Shown here: piece by piece, positions 11,259-20,247 of the stretch
How the letters are laid out: the number at the start of each line of letters is the position of its first letter
Numbering within the stretch: position 1 is the stretch's first letter
DNA from: Pseudomonas aeruginosa PAO1
Lineage (GTDB): Bacteria; Pseudomonadota; Gammaproteobacteria; Pseudomonadales; Pseudomonadaceae
Assembly (NCBI RefSeq): GCF_000006765.1
Contig: NC_002516.2
Direction: 5' to 3' (one strand)
DNA length: 64,000 bases
Translations under genes and position numbers: made by a program
Notes under the pieces: generated by a model
What the model was told of the DNA's origin: nothing
What the model saw: the letters and a program-made list of their open reading frames with translations, nothing else
The model's database searches: none

Positions 11259-11894
11259 ATGACTCGAGTCAACAAGACCGTCCTCGTCCTCGTCGCCCTG
11301 GTCGCCCTGGTCCTCGGCCTCACCGTGCACAAGGTGCTCACCGCCCAGCGCCAGGCCGATCCCACCGTGCTGCTCGACGCCGGCATCGTGATCCTGCCGC
11401 AGACGCGCAAGGTGCCGGCGCTGGAGTTCACCAACCAGGACGGCCAGGCGGTCAGCACCGCCAGTCTCAAGGGTCGCTGGCACCTGCTGTTCTTCGGCTA
11501 CACCTTCTGCCCCGATGTCTGCCCGACCACCCTCGCCCAGCTCCGCGAATTGCAGGGCAAGCTGCCGCAGGAGGTGCGCGACGACCTGCAGGTGGTATTC
11601 GTCAGCGTCGATCCGAACCGCGACACGCCGCAGCAGATCAAGCAATACCTGGGCTACTTCAACGCCGGCTTCCAGGGGCTCACCGGTACTCCGGAGAACA
11701 TCCAGAAGCTGGCCAACGCCATGAGCATCCCCTACATCCCCGCCGACACCAGCAAGCCCAACTACACCGTCGACCACAGCGGCAACCTGGTGATCATCGG
11801 TCCGGACGGCGAGCAGCACGGCTTCATCCGCGCGCCGCTGAACAACGCCAAGCTGGAAGCCCAACTGCCCGGCGTGCTCAAGCCGCAGGCCTGA
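11259..11894 (+). CDS. senC: SCO1/SenC copper chaperone
   Basis: FFGYTFCPDVCPT (CxxxC), VSVDPNRD and VDHS motifs. Confidence 0.94.
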   Translation: MTRVNKTVLVLVALVALVLGLTVHKVLTAQRQADPTVLLDAGIVILPQTRKVPALEFTNQDGQAVSTASLKGRWHLLFFGYTFCPDVCPTTLAQLRELQGKLPQEVRDDLQVVFVSVDPNRDTPQQIKQYLGYFNAGFQGLTGTPENIQKLANAMSIPYIPADTSKPNYTVDHSGNLVIIGPDGEQHGFIRAPLNNAKLEAQLPGVLKPQA

Positions 11895-11933
11895 TTCCCT
11901 TTCCTTCCCCCACCGTCCGCGGCGTTCCGGGCC

Positions 11934-12386
11934 TCAGGCCCGGCGCATGCCGATGTGCGGGATGTCGTCTTCCAGGTAGACCTCGGTGACCGCGACGAAG
12001 CCATAGCGGCCGTAGTAGGCCTGCAGGTGGGCCTGGGCCGAGAGGTACACCGGGGTGTCCAGCCAGAGGCGCTCCGCCGCCTGCAGCGCGCGTTCCATCA
12101 ACTGGTGACCGAGCCCCTGGCCGCGCGCGGCCGAGGAACTGACCACCCGGCCGATCACCACCTGGCCCTCGTGGCGAACCGGGTCCAGCAGGCGCAGGTA
12201 GGCGAGCAACTGGCCGTCGCGCCAGGCCATCAGGTGATGGGTATCGCCGACCAGGTCGAGGCCGTCGACTTCCTGGTAGGGGCATTTCTGTTCCACCACG
12301 AAGACCTCGGTGCGCAATTGCAGCAGTGCGTAGAGTTCCTTCAGGGTGAGGTCGGCGTGGTGCTTGCAGGTCCAGTCGAGCGACAT
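11934..12386 (-). CDS. elaA: ElaA-like GNAT acetyltransferase
   Basis: LRTEVFVVEQKCPYQEVDG, IGRVV, RGQGLG and YLEDDIPHIGM motifs. Confidence 0.9.
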   Translation of the reverse strand: MSLDWTCKHHADLTLKELYALLQLRTEVFVVEQKCPYQEVDGLDLVGDTHHLMAWRDGQLLAYLRLLDPVRHEGQVVIGRVVSSSAARGQGLGHQLMERALQAAERLWLDTPVYLSAQAHLQAYYGRYGFVAVTEVYLEDDIPHIGMRRA

Positions 12387-12517
12387 GGTCGGGATTCCGG
12401 GACAGGGGACAGGAACGCGGTTATGCCATGGGCGGCGGGCCGCTGGAAAGGCGTGGCCGGTCGGTTTCGTTTCAGAACCCACGCGGCTATCCTTTGCCGA
12501 ACGGCTGGAGGTGTCTC

Positions 12518-12991
12518 ATGCGTTGGGAAGAACTGAGCGAGCAACCCTGTTCGCTGGCGCGGGTGCTGGCGATCCTCGGCGATCGCTGGACCCTGCTGGT
12601 ATTGCGCGACTGCTTTCTCGGCGTGCGCCGTTTCGACGACTTCGAGCGCAGCCTCGGCGTGACCCGCCACGTCCTCGCCGACCGCCTCAAGCGCCTTGTC
12701 GAAGCGGAGATACTGGCCAAGGTGCCCTACCAGGAAAGGCCGCTGCGCGAGGAATACCGGCTTACCGAGAAAGGGATGGAACTGTACCCGGCCATCCTTT
12801 CCCTGGTGAACTGGGGCGACCGCCACCTCGCCGGCGTCGAGGGGCCGCCACTCGAGCATGTGCACAAGCATTGCGGCCAGCACATGCATGGCGTGCTGGT
12901 CTGTTCCGAATGCGGTGAGCCGCTGCACGCGCGGGACGTGACGGTACGCGAGGGGCTGTTCTGGAAGGGGCGCCTGCTGCGGCGCGGCTGA
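12518..12991 (+). CDS. HxlR family winged-helix transcriptional regulator
   Basis: CSLARVLAILGDRWTLLVLRD...RFDDF...L..RLKRL...EYRLTEKG. GGAGG RBS. Confidence 0.92.
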   Translation: MRWEELSEQPCSLARVLAILGDRWTLLVLRDCFLGVRRFDDFERSLGVTRHVLADRLKRLVEAEILAKVPYQERPLREEYRLTEKGMELYPAILSLVNWGDRHLAGVEGPPLEHVHKHCGQHMHGVLVCSECGEPLHARDVTVREGLFWKGRLLRRG

Positions 12992-13016
12992 GCGTTCCAG
13001 GCCTGGCCGCCGACGT

Positions 13017-13108
13017 GAATCGGCGGATAAACGCCGATGGCGTTACGGCAGGAAGGACGCTGTCGTACCAGGCTCCGCCGACCGGTCCCCTCTCTTCAGG
13101 GAGAGGAC
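13017..13108. repeat. Degenerate REP-like palindromes (GGCGGATAA-type and CCTCTC..GAGAGG-type)
   Basis: GGCGGATAAACGCC-GAT-GGCGTT at ~13022-13044 and CCTCTC-TTCAGG-GAGAGG at 13089-13106. Confidence 0.5.
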
Positions 13109-13177
13109 GTGCCGGGCAGGCCGGGACAGGCAGAGTAATTGGTGCGCGGATATCACTCGAGCCCTTGCCAGTTGACA

Positions 13178-13228
13178 AGTTCCTTTTAAGAACTAACTAT
13201 CGTCTCTATTGGGTTCTAAAAAAGAACT
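13178..13228. promoter_or_regulatory. Two tandem inverted repeats RGTTC-N7-GAACT (candidate HxlR operators) in the SDR promoter
   Basis: AGTTC-CTTTTAA-GAACT at 13178-13194 and GGTTC-TAAAAAA-GAACT at 13212-13228, directly after TTGACA (13172-13177). Confidence 0.6.
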
Positions 13229-13247
13229 AACAAGAGAGGCCTCTGCA

Positions 13248-13976
13248 ATGACCCAGCGCAAAGCGGTTCTGGTAATGGGCGCCGGCGACGCCACCGGTGG
13301 CGCCATCGCCCGGCGGTTCGCCCGCGAGGGCTACGTGGCGTGCGTCGCCCGGCGCAACGCGGAGAAGCTGGAGCCGCTGGTGCAGGCCATCCGCGACCAA
13401 GGCGGCGAGGCTCTGGCCTGCGGCTGCGACGCACGCCAGGAGCAGCAGGTGATCGACCTCTTCGCCCGCATCGAGGGTGAGGTCGGTGCGCTGGAGGCGG
13501 TGATCTTCAACGTCGGCGCCAACGTCTGGTTCCCGATCACCGAAACCACCGAACGGGTCTATCGCAAGGTCTGGGAGATGGCCGCCTTCGGCGGCTTCCT
13601 CACCGGCCGCGAGGCGGCGCGGGTGATGCTGCCGCGGCAGCGCGGAACGATCATCTTCACTGGCGCCACCGCCTCGTTGCGCGGCCGCGCGCATTTCGCC
13701 GCGTTCTCCGGCGCCAAGTTCGCCCTGCGTGCCCTGGCCCAGAGCATGGCGCGCGAGCTGGGGCCGAAGGACATCCACGTCGCCCACCCGATCATCGACG
13801 GCGCCATCGACACCGACTTCATCCGCGAAACCCTGCCCGAGCTGTACAAGCGCAAAGAGCAGGACGGCATCCTCGATCCCGAGCACATCGCCGAGACCTA
13901 CTGGCAGATCCACTGCCAGCCGCGCGACTGCTGGGTGCACGAACTGGACCTGCGCCCCTGGATGGAAACCTTCTGA
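13248..13976 (+). CDS. Short-chain dehydrogenase/reductase
   Basis: VMGAGDATGGAIARRFA, NVGAN and FSGAKFALRALAQSMARELGP motifs. Confidence 0.92.
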   Translation: MTQRKAVLVMGAGDATGGAIARRFAREGYVACVARRNAEKLEPLVQAIRDQGGEALACGCDARQEQQVIDLFARIEGEVGALEAVIFNVGANVWFPITETTERVYRKVWEMAAFGGFLTGREAARVMLPRQRGTIIFTGATASLRGRAHFAAFSGAKFALRALAQSMARELGPKDIHVAHPIIDGAIDTDFIRETLPELYKRKEQDGILDPEHIAETYWQIHCQPRDCWVHELDLRPWMETF

Positions 13977-14000
13977 TCCCCGCCACGGAAAGAGCCACGC

Positions 14001-14588
14001 ATGAGCAAGCAAATCGAGTTCTTCTTCGACTTCGGCAGTCCCACCACCTACCTCGCCTGGACCCAACTGCCGCGCATCGCCGCCGCCCATGGCGCGAGCA
14101 TCGCCTGGCGGCCGATGCTGCTGGGCGGCGTGTTCAAGGCCACCGGCAACCATTCGCCGATCGAGGTGCCGGCCAAGGGGCGCTACACCCTCCACGACCT
14201 GGCGCGCTATGCGAAACGCTACGGCGTGCCGCTGGCCTTCAACCCGGCCTTCCCGATCAACACCCTGACGCTGATGCGCGGCGCCCAGGGCTATCTCGGC
14301 GGCGAAGGGTTCCAGCCCTACCTGAAAGCGGTGTTCGAAGCGTTGTGGGTACGACAGCAGAACCTCGGCAAGCCCGAGGTGGTCGCCCAGGTGCTGGCGG
14401 AGGCTGGATTCGATCCGGATGAGTTCCTCCGCCTGGTTGGCGACGAGCAGGTCAAGGAGGGGCTCAAGGCGACCACCGAAGAGGCGGTGCGGCGCGGCGT
14501 TTTCGGCGCGCCCAGCTTCTTCGTCGGCGACCAGTTGTTCTTCGGCCAGGATCGCCTCGATTTCGTCGCCGAGGTCCTCGCCGGCTGA
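14001..14588 (+). CDS. 2-hydroxychromene-2-carboxylate isomerase / GST-kappa (DsbA-like) family protein
   Basis: FFFDFGSPTTYL and RGVFGAPSFFV...FFGQDRL motifs. Confidence 0.92.
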   Translation: MSKQIEFFFDFGSPTTYLAWTQLPRIAAAHGASIAWRPMLLGGVFKATGNHSPIEVPAKGRYTLHDLARYAKRYGVPLAFNPAFPINTLTLMRGAQGYLGGEGFQPYLKAVFEALWVRQQNLGKPEVVAQVLAEAGFDPDEFLRLVGDEQVKEGLKATTEEAVRRGVFGAPSFFVGDQLFFGQDRLDFVAEVLAG

Positions 14589-14743
14589 CCTCCCCTTCCC
14601 CGCGGCGAGCCGCTCTGGCCCGCCGCCTTGCGCCATCCGAGCGCCCTCCTCCCGGCTGCGGCCCGCGCGTGCCGTGGTTCCTGGCCATTCGTCGCGCCCG
14701 CCGATAGCGGCTTGTCAGGCTGACTTCTTTGCGTATAGGCTGA

Positions 14744-14765
14744 ACTGGTCAGACCGGTAATACCA
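14744..14765. promoter_or_regulatory. Overlapping FadR/GntR-type operators upstream of the dicarboxylate transporter
   Basis: ACTGGTC-A-GACCGGT (one mismatch from a perfect palindrome) overlaps GGT-AAT-ACC, just downstream of TTGTCA/TATAGG promoter-like hexamers. Confidence 0.5.
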
Positions 14766-14817
14766 CAATAAAAATGCGTTCATCGCCCGCCTCCGCGAGG
14801 CCCGATGGAAGCGCCGA

Positions 14818-16167
14818 ATGGAGACTCCTGCGATGTTCATCAAGCGCTGTTCCCGCTCGATATTCCTGCAAGTCGTGATTGGCCTGGTGATAGGCGTGAT
14901 CTGCGGGGTCGGCATTCCCGACCTGGCCGTGCAGATGAAGCCGCTGGGCGATGGCTTCATCAAGCTGATCAAGATGCTCATCGCACTGATCGTCTTCTGC
15001 GTGGTGGTCAACGGCATCTCCGGCGCCGGCGACCTGAAGAAGGTCGGCCGCATCGGCCTGAAGTCGGTGATCTACTTCGAAATCCTCACCACCATCGCCC
15101 TGGTCCTCGGCCTGGTGGTCGCCTACAGCCTGGGCCTGGGCAGCGGCGCCAACATCCATCTCAACGAACTGCCCGCCGGCGACGTCGCCCTGTATACCGG
15201 GCGCACCCAGGAGATCCACGGCCCCGTGGCATTCCTCATGGGCCTGATCCCGACCTCTGTGTTCAGCGCCTTCGCCGAGAACGACATCCTCCAGGTCCTG
15301 CTGTTCTCCGTGCTGTTCGGCAGCGCCCTGAACCTGGTCGGCGAGCAGGCCAGCGGCGTGGCCCGCCTGATCAACGAATTCAGCCACATCGTGTTCCGCA
15401 TCATGGGCATGATCGTGCGCCTGGCACCGCTCGGCGTGTTCGGCGCGGTGGCCTTCACCACCGCCCGCTACGGCGTCGACTCGCTCAGCCACCTGGGCGC
15501 GCTGGTGCTGGTGTTCTACGCCACCTGCCTGGTCTTCGTCATGGCGGTGCTCGGTAGCGTCCTGCGTCTCTCCGGGGTGCGCATGCTGCCGTTCCTGCGC
15601 TACTTCCGCGAAGAGCTGCTGATCGTGATGGGCACCGCCTCCTCCGACGCGGTGCTGCCGCAGGTGATGCGCAAGCTCGAGCACATGGGCATCCGTAGCT
15701 CCACGGTAGGCCTGGTGATTCCCACCGGCTACTCGTTCAACCTCGACGGATTCTCGATCTACCTGACCCTGGCGGTGGTGTTCATCGCCCACGTCACCGG
15801 CACGCCGCTGGCGATGACCGACCTGATCACCATCCTGCTGGTTTCGCTGGTCACCTCCAAGGGCGCCCACGGCATTCCCGGCTCGGCCCTGGTGATCCTC
15901 GCCGCCACCCTCACCGCGGTGCCGGCGATCCCGGTGGCCGGCCTGGTGCTGGTGCTTTCGGTGGACTGGTTCATGGGCATCGGCCGCGCGCTGACCAACC
16001 TGATCGGCAACTGCGTGGCCACCGTGACCATCGCCCGCTGGGAAAACGACATCGATATGCCGCGCGCGCAGGCCATACTCGACGGGCGCCTGGAGGCGCC
16101 GGCCAAGGCCGACGGCGAGCCGCTCAAGCGCAGTGCGGTGGCCGGGGAAGGCAAGCTGCATGGCTGA
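14818..16167 (+). CDS. DctA-like dicarboxylate/amino acid:cation symporter (DAACS)
   Basis: MKPLGDGFIKLIKM, GTASSDAVLP and GYSFNLDG motifs. An alternative ATG at 14833 has the better RBS. Confidence 0.93.
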   Translation: METPAMFIKRCSRSIFLQVVIGLVIGVICGVGIPDLAVQMKPLGDGFIKLIKMLIALIVFCVVVNGISGAGDLKKVGRIGLKSVIYFEILTTIALVLGLVVAYSLGLGSGANIHLNELPAGDVALYTGRTQEIHGPVAFLMGLIPTSVFSAFAENDILQVLLFSVLFGSALNLVGEQASGVARLINEFSHIVFRIMGMIVRLAPLGVFGAVAFTTARYGVDSLSHLGALVLVFYATCLVFVMAVLGSVLRLSGVRMLPFLRYFREELLIVMGTASSDAVLPQVMRKLEHMGIRSSTVGLVIPTGYSFNLDGFSIYLTLAVVFIAHVTGTPLAMTDLITILLVSLVTSKGAHGIPGSALVILAATLTAVPAIPVAGLVLVLSVDWFMGIGRALTNLIGNCVATVTIARWENDIDMPRAQAILDGRLEAPAKADGEPLKRSAVAGEGKLHG

Positions 16168-16215
16168 CGCGCCGAGGCGCGTTGCACGTCCGATTGGCAA
16201 GTAAAGGGAGGCGAC

Positions 16216-16902
16216 ATGTTTTCTTCGTCCAAGCTGGTCAACGCGGTTGCCCAGCGCCTGCTCGACACCATCGAGCAGGGTCGCTGGGTCGCCGGCCAGA
16301 TGTTGCCCGGCCAGCGCGAGCTGGCTGAACAGATGGAAATCAGCCGGCCGAGCCTGCGCGAGGCGATCATGGTCCTGGAGACCCTGGGCGTGGTCCGTTC
16401 GCTGCCGGGCAAGGGCGTGATGGTCCTCGAACGCAGCGAACCGCTGCGCGAGGTCGCGGCGCCCGGCGAGGCGACCATGGAAGACGTCCTGCAACTGCGC
16501 TATGCGCTGGAGCCGTTCATCGTCGGCATCGTCGCGCAGAGCGCCGGGGCGGCGGAGATCAGCGAACTGCGGCTGTTGCTGCTGGACCTGCGCGAAGCGG
16601 TCGAGGATGGCGACCCGCAGGCTCTGGTTGAGGCCTACACGGCCTTCCACCGGCGCCTGGTGAAGCTCACCTCGAACCCGATCTTCCTCAGCGTTTCCGA
16701 ACAGATCGGCAGCGCCCTGGAACGCAGCGACAACCTGGTGCGCCGCCAGCCGGAATACGCCGAGGAGATCCTCCAGGAACACGACGCCATCCTCCGTGCG
16801 ATCCGCCAGCACGACAGCGAGCGGGCGAGCCAGGCGATGCGCCAGCACATCCTCAACGAAGGCGCGCGCCTGAACATCGACCTGCGCTTGCCGCAGGTCT
16901 GA
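16216..16902 (+). CDS. GntR/FadR family regulator
   Basis: LPGQRELAEQMEISRPSLREA HTH plus an FCD domain. Confidence 0.92.
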   Translation: MFSSSKLVNAVAQRLLDTIEQGRWVAGQMLPGQRELAEQMEISRPSLREAIMVLETLGVVRSLPGKGVMVLERSEPLREVAAPGEATMEDVLQLRYALEPFIVGIVAQSAGAAEISELRLLLLDLREAVEDGDPQALVEAYTAFHRRLVKLTSNPIFLSVSEQIGSALERSDNLVRRQPEYAEEILQEHDAILRAIRQHDSERASQAMRQHILNEGARLNIDLRLPQV

Positions 16903-17002
16903 TCGCCCGCGCCAGGGTTCCAACCCGGGACCGTCGCGGCGCCCGGACGGCTTTCGTCCGCCGCCTGCGAAGGCCCACAAGCACGACTCGACAGGTGTGA
17001 AC

Positions 17003-17737
17003 ATGGTCGGATTCGAAGCACGTACCCAGCAGGGCGCCGCGCTGCGCCCCACCAGCCATTTCGTCTACGAAAGCATCTACACGGCAATCCTGGAAAAGCG
17101 CCTGGCGCCGGCCGCCAAGCTGAGCAAGGAAACCCTCGGGCAGATCTTCCGGGTCAGCAACGGCACCATCCAGCGTGCCCTCACCCGTCTCGCCGAGGAC
17201 GGCGCGGTGGTGATGCCGCCGAAGGAGGTCGCCAGCGTCGCCCGCCCGGACGAGCGCCAGGCGCGGCAGGTGCTGGACGCGCGCCTGCTGGTGGAAAGCG
17301 AAGTGGTGCGGCAACTGCCCGCGGGGCTGGATCCCGCCGCCCTTGCCGAGCTACGGGCGCTGGTCGACGAGGAGCAGGCTTGCCTCGCGGCCCGCGACAG
17401 CGCCGGGCTGATCCGTCTCGCCGGGCGCTTCCACCTGCGCCTGGCCGAACTGACCGAGAATCCCTTGCTGCAGGGTTTCGTCCGTGGCCTGGTGGCACGC
17501 GCCTCGCTGGACATCGCGCTGAACAAGGGGGCGGTCTATACCGCCGAGGCCTGCGCCGCGCAGCGCGCCCTGCTCGATGCCCTGGAGGACGGCGACAGCG
17601 CGGCGGCGGCTGCGCTGATGGACGCTTACCTGCGAGGCCTGTTCGCCCGCATGCGCTTCCTGCCGCCACCCACCACGGACCTGCGCGAGGCATTCGGCAT
17701 GAAGGCCCCTAGCGGGGAAAAACGCCGGAGGGCCTGA
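17003..17737 (+). CDS. GntR family regulator (FCD domain)
   Basis: N-terminal wHTH (LSKETLGQIFRVSNGTIQRALTRL) and FCD-like FHLRLAEL. Confidence 0.85.
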   Translation: MVGFEARTQQGAALRPTSHFVYESIYTAILEKRLAPAAKLSKETLGQIFRVSNGTIQRALTRLAEDGAVVMPPKEVASVARPDERQARQVLDARLLVESEVVRQLPAGLDPAALAELRALVDEEQACLAARDSAGLIRLAGRFHLRLAELTENPLLQGFVRGLVARASLDIALNKGAVYTAEACAAQRALLDALEDGDSAAAAALMDAYLRGLFARMRFLPPPTTDLREAFGMKAPSGEKRRRA

Positions 17738-17751
17738 CCTCCCCGGCCGCC

Positions 17752-17771
17752 GCCTACCAGATCTGGCAGGC
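17752..17771. promoter_or_regulatory. las/rhl (lux) box upstream of rahU
   Basis: GCCTACCAGATCTGGCAGGC fits CT-N12-AG and is a near-perfect 20-bp palindrome. Confidence 0.85.
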
Positions 17772-17916
17772 GGTGGTGGCTGGTGGCCAGCCTATAGTGA
17801 AGCGGGTCAGGGATGGCGCCGTGCTGGTCGAAGTAGCCAAGGGTCCGTTGTGAGCGCCCGGTCCTGTCCGTGACGTCCTACAGGAAACTGTGAACGCATG
17901 GTTAACGGAGATCGAC

Positions 17917-18327
17917 ATGGCATACGCAGAATGGATCGCAGTGAAGGTCGTGGTATCCAAATCCATCGGCACGGTGGGCATCCGCAACGCCACCTTGCAA
18001 TGGGGCAAGTTCTACCGCTACACCAACAAGGACGACGAGATTTCCACCGAGGAAGTCAGCAGCATGAACGTGCAGGCCGGCAGCCCGCAATGGATCGCCT
18101 CCTGCGGACGGGAGAACGCTTCGTCCGGCACCCAGGGCAGCTTCGACTGCTACGACGGCAACACCAAGATGGGCACCTTCAGCTGGGATGACCCGTGGAA
18201 ATCCGGCGCCACCAACACCTGGAGCTTCACGCCGGCATCGGCGGACTATGCTGGCATCACCAGTGGCGGCAACGCTACGGGCACGGACATCGGCGAGGTC
18301 ACCCTGACCCTCGGCCGCTTCTCCTGA
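17917..18327 (+). CDS. rahU: Aegerolysin family protein RahU
   Basis: 136 aa, MAYAEWIAVKV...LQWGKFY...GRENASSGTQGSFD...WDDPW: aegerolysin pattern. Confidence 0.93.
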   Translation: MAYAEWIAVKVVVSKSIGTVGIRNATLQWGKFYRYTNKDDEISTEEVSSMNVQAGSPQWIASCGRENASSGTQGSFDCYDGNTKMGTFSWDDPWKSGATNTWSFTPASADYAGITSGGNATGTDIGEVTLTLGRFS

Positions 18328-18358
18328 CGGTACCTGGAGCTGGCCGGCAGTCCGTCGG

Positions 18359-19267
18359 TCAGCTCCAGCGCTCATCCCCGTCCGTGGCGAACGCTCGCCG
18401 CAGCGCCTCGATGGCGACCTTCACCTTGGCCGGCTGGGCCTCGCGCCGTGGCGTCACCGCATAGATGCCGAGCCCGGGAATCCTCCACTCCGGCAATAGC
18501 TGTTGCAGGCGCCCGTCGTTCAGCGCGTCGCGCACCTCCGGCAGCGGCTGGTAGGACACGCCGAGTCCGTCGAGGGTGAACTGACGCACCGCGAGCATCC
18601 CGTTGGCGGCCACCCGTGGCTCCAGGCGCAGTTTGCAGACTTCCCCGCCCGGCCCGCTGAGCGTCAGGTGGTTGAGGTGGTTCGAGGTGTTCAGGGAAAT
18701 CCAGTCGACCTCGGTCAACTGCTCCGGACGGTTGATGGGCGCCCGTTGGCGCAAATAGGCCGGCGCCGCGCAGAGCACGCTGCTCCAATCGCCGAGGTGG
18801 CGCGCCACCAGGCTGGAGTCGGCGAGATTGCCGACGCGTATCGCCAGGTCGATGCGCTCGGCGACCAGATCGATGCGCTCGTCCTGGAAGAACAGCTGCA
18901 GGCGCAACTGGCGGTGGTTCTCCAGCAACGGTTTCAGCGCCTGGGTGATCAGCGTGCCGGAGAACCCCACCGGCGCCGCCAGGCGCAACTCACCCACCGG
19001 CGCATCGCGCCATTCGCCAAGCCGCCGCTCGGCTTCCTCGGCGATCGCCAGCATCTGCGCGCAACTGCGATAGAACGCCTCGCCGGCCTCGGTCAGGGTC
19101 AGCCGGCGGGTGGTGCGATGCAGCAAAGTGACCTGGGCGCGGCTTTCCAGCTTGCGGATCTGCTGGCTGACTGCCGAAGGGGTCATGCCCAGGCTCTGGG
19201 CCGCGGCTGCCATCGAGCCCTTGTCCACCACAGTGGCGAAGATCGCCATGCCTTTCAGCGAATCCAT
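18359..19267 (-). CDS. LysR family transcriptional regulator
   Basis: GSMAAAAQSLGMTPSAVSQQIRKLE...LLHRTTRRLTLTEAG. Confidence 0.94.
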   Translation of the reverse strand: MDSLKGMAIFATVVDKGSMAAAAQSLGMTPSAVSQQIRKLESRAQVTLLHRTTRRLTLTEAGEAFYRSCAQMLAIAEEAERRLGEWRDAPVGELRLAAPVGFSGTLITQALKPLLENHRQLRLQLFFQDERIDLVAERIDLAIRVGNLADSSLVARHLGDWSSVLCAAPAYLRQRAPINRPEQLTEVDWISLNTSNHLNHLTLSGPGGEVCKLRLEPRVAANGMLAVRQFTLDGLGVSYQPLPEVRDALNDGRLQQLLPEWRIPGLGIYAVTPRREAQPAKVKVAIEALRRAFATDGDERWS

Positions 19268-19566
19268 GCCGGTTCCTCCTTGCGGGAGACTGCGTCTGGG
19301 AAAAAATCACCGGAAAAAGCGCGAGAAAGCGTGCCCAGCGGGCGAGGTCGTCGGGTTTCGGAAAAATACGGACGCATATGGGAGCGAAGCATGAGTCAGC
19401 CAAAGAACTAATCAGGTCGCAGTGGTCGCAAGTTGGTCGCTCTCATTGGTCTGGTCGAAAAATGTCCATTTTTTGTGATTTATGGATGTTTTGTCCGAAA
19501 TAAGCTACTCAGTACAAGTCAAGGGAAATATTCATTTTGAAACATCTTGTAACCGTGTGACCACTT

Positions 19567-19848
19567 TCAGGGGGTAATTTCGACTCTGTCGATGCGCAAA
19601 ATCTGGATTTCCTTGCCTTTAACCCGAAACGGGGCGCTGAACGGCCAGCGCTCCAGGGTCAGGGTGCGTACGCCTGGCACCTCGCTGGGCCGCCCTGCCC
19701 CCTGGTTGGCTACCTGCTGCAGCGGTTTCACCTGCTCGACGATGTCCTGAACGGCTTTCAGAGCTTTTTCCGGGCCGATCAGCACGACGTAATGGTCGTA
19801 GATGGCGTCCAGGTCGGCGGCCGCCTTGCGGGTCCACTTCAGGCTCAT
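19567..19848 (-). CDS. parE: ParE/RelE superfamily toxin
   Basis: 93 aa, WTRKAAADLDAIYDHY...GRPSEVPGVRTL; 4-bp overlap with the antitoxin gene. Confidence 0.88.
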   Translation of the reverse strand: MSLKWTRKAAADLDAIYDHYVVLIGPEKALKAVQDIVEQVKPLQQVANQGAGRPSEVPGVRTLTLERWPFSAPFRVKGKEIQILRIDRVEITP

Positions 19849-20072
19849 TGCAGCCCCCAGCGCTTCTCGATCTCGATGTGTTCCAGCAGGCGACCGGCAT
19901 TGGCATCGGCCAAGCCTTCATCGATGGCAGCGACCTGCCACTGCTGCCTTTCCAGGTACTGCGCGAGCGCCTGCCGCAGGTGGTAGGGTCGGTCGCGGTG
20001 GGTGGCGCGGGCCAGTTCGTCGAGGGCCGCGACCAGGGCGTCATCGGCGCGGAACGAGACTACGGTGCTCAT
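19845..20072 (-). CDS. parD: Ribbon-helix-helix antitoxin (ParD-like)
   Basis: 75 aa, VVSFRADDALVAALDELARATHRDRPYHLRQAL (RHH) with an acidic C-terminus; lies upstream of the toxin. Confidence 0.88.
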   Translation of the reverse strand: MSTVVSFRADDALVAALDELARATHRDRPYHLRQALAQYLERQQWQVAAIDEGLADANAGRLLEHIEIEKRWGLQ

Positions 20073-20094
20073 TTTCTGATCAACTTCGTTTTCG

Positions 20095-20131
20095 ATGTAT
20101 ACGGTGTTTACAGTGAAAACGAATGTATACG
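20095..20131. promoter_or_regulatory. Candidate TA autoregulatory operator
   Basis: ATGTATACG occurs twice (20095-20103, 20123-20131), flanking TGTTTACA (20105-20112), just upstream of the antitoxin start. Confidence 0.55.
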
Positions 20132-20247
20132 AAAGCTTTCGGGCGAGCAATCGCCCGGCTGTTTCGTCCGTCGAGAAAACCTTTATCGATCAGTGGGTTG
20201 AATGAGGAGCCCGCCCCGAGCGGGGCGGGCGGAAGGACGGCGTTGGA

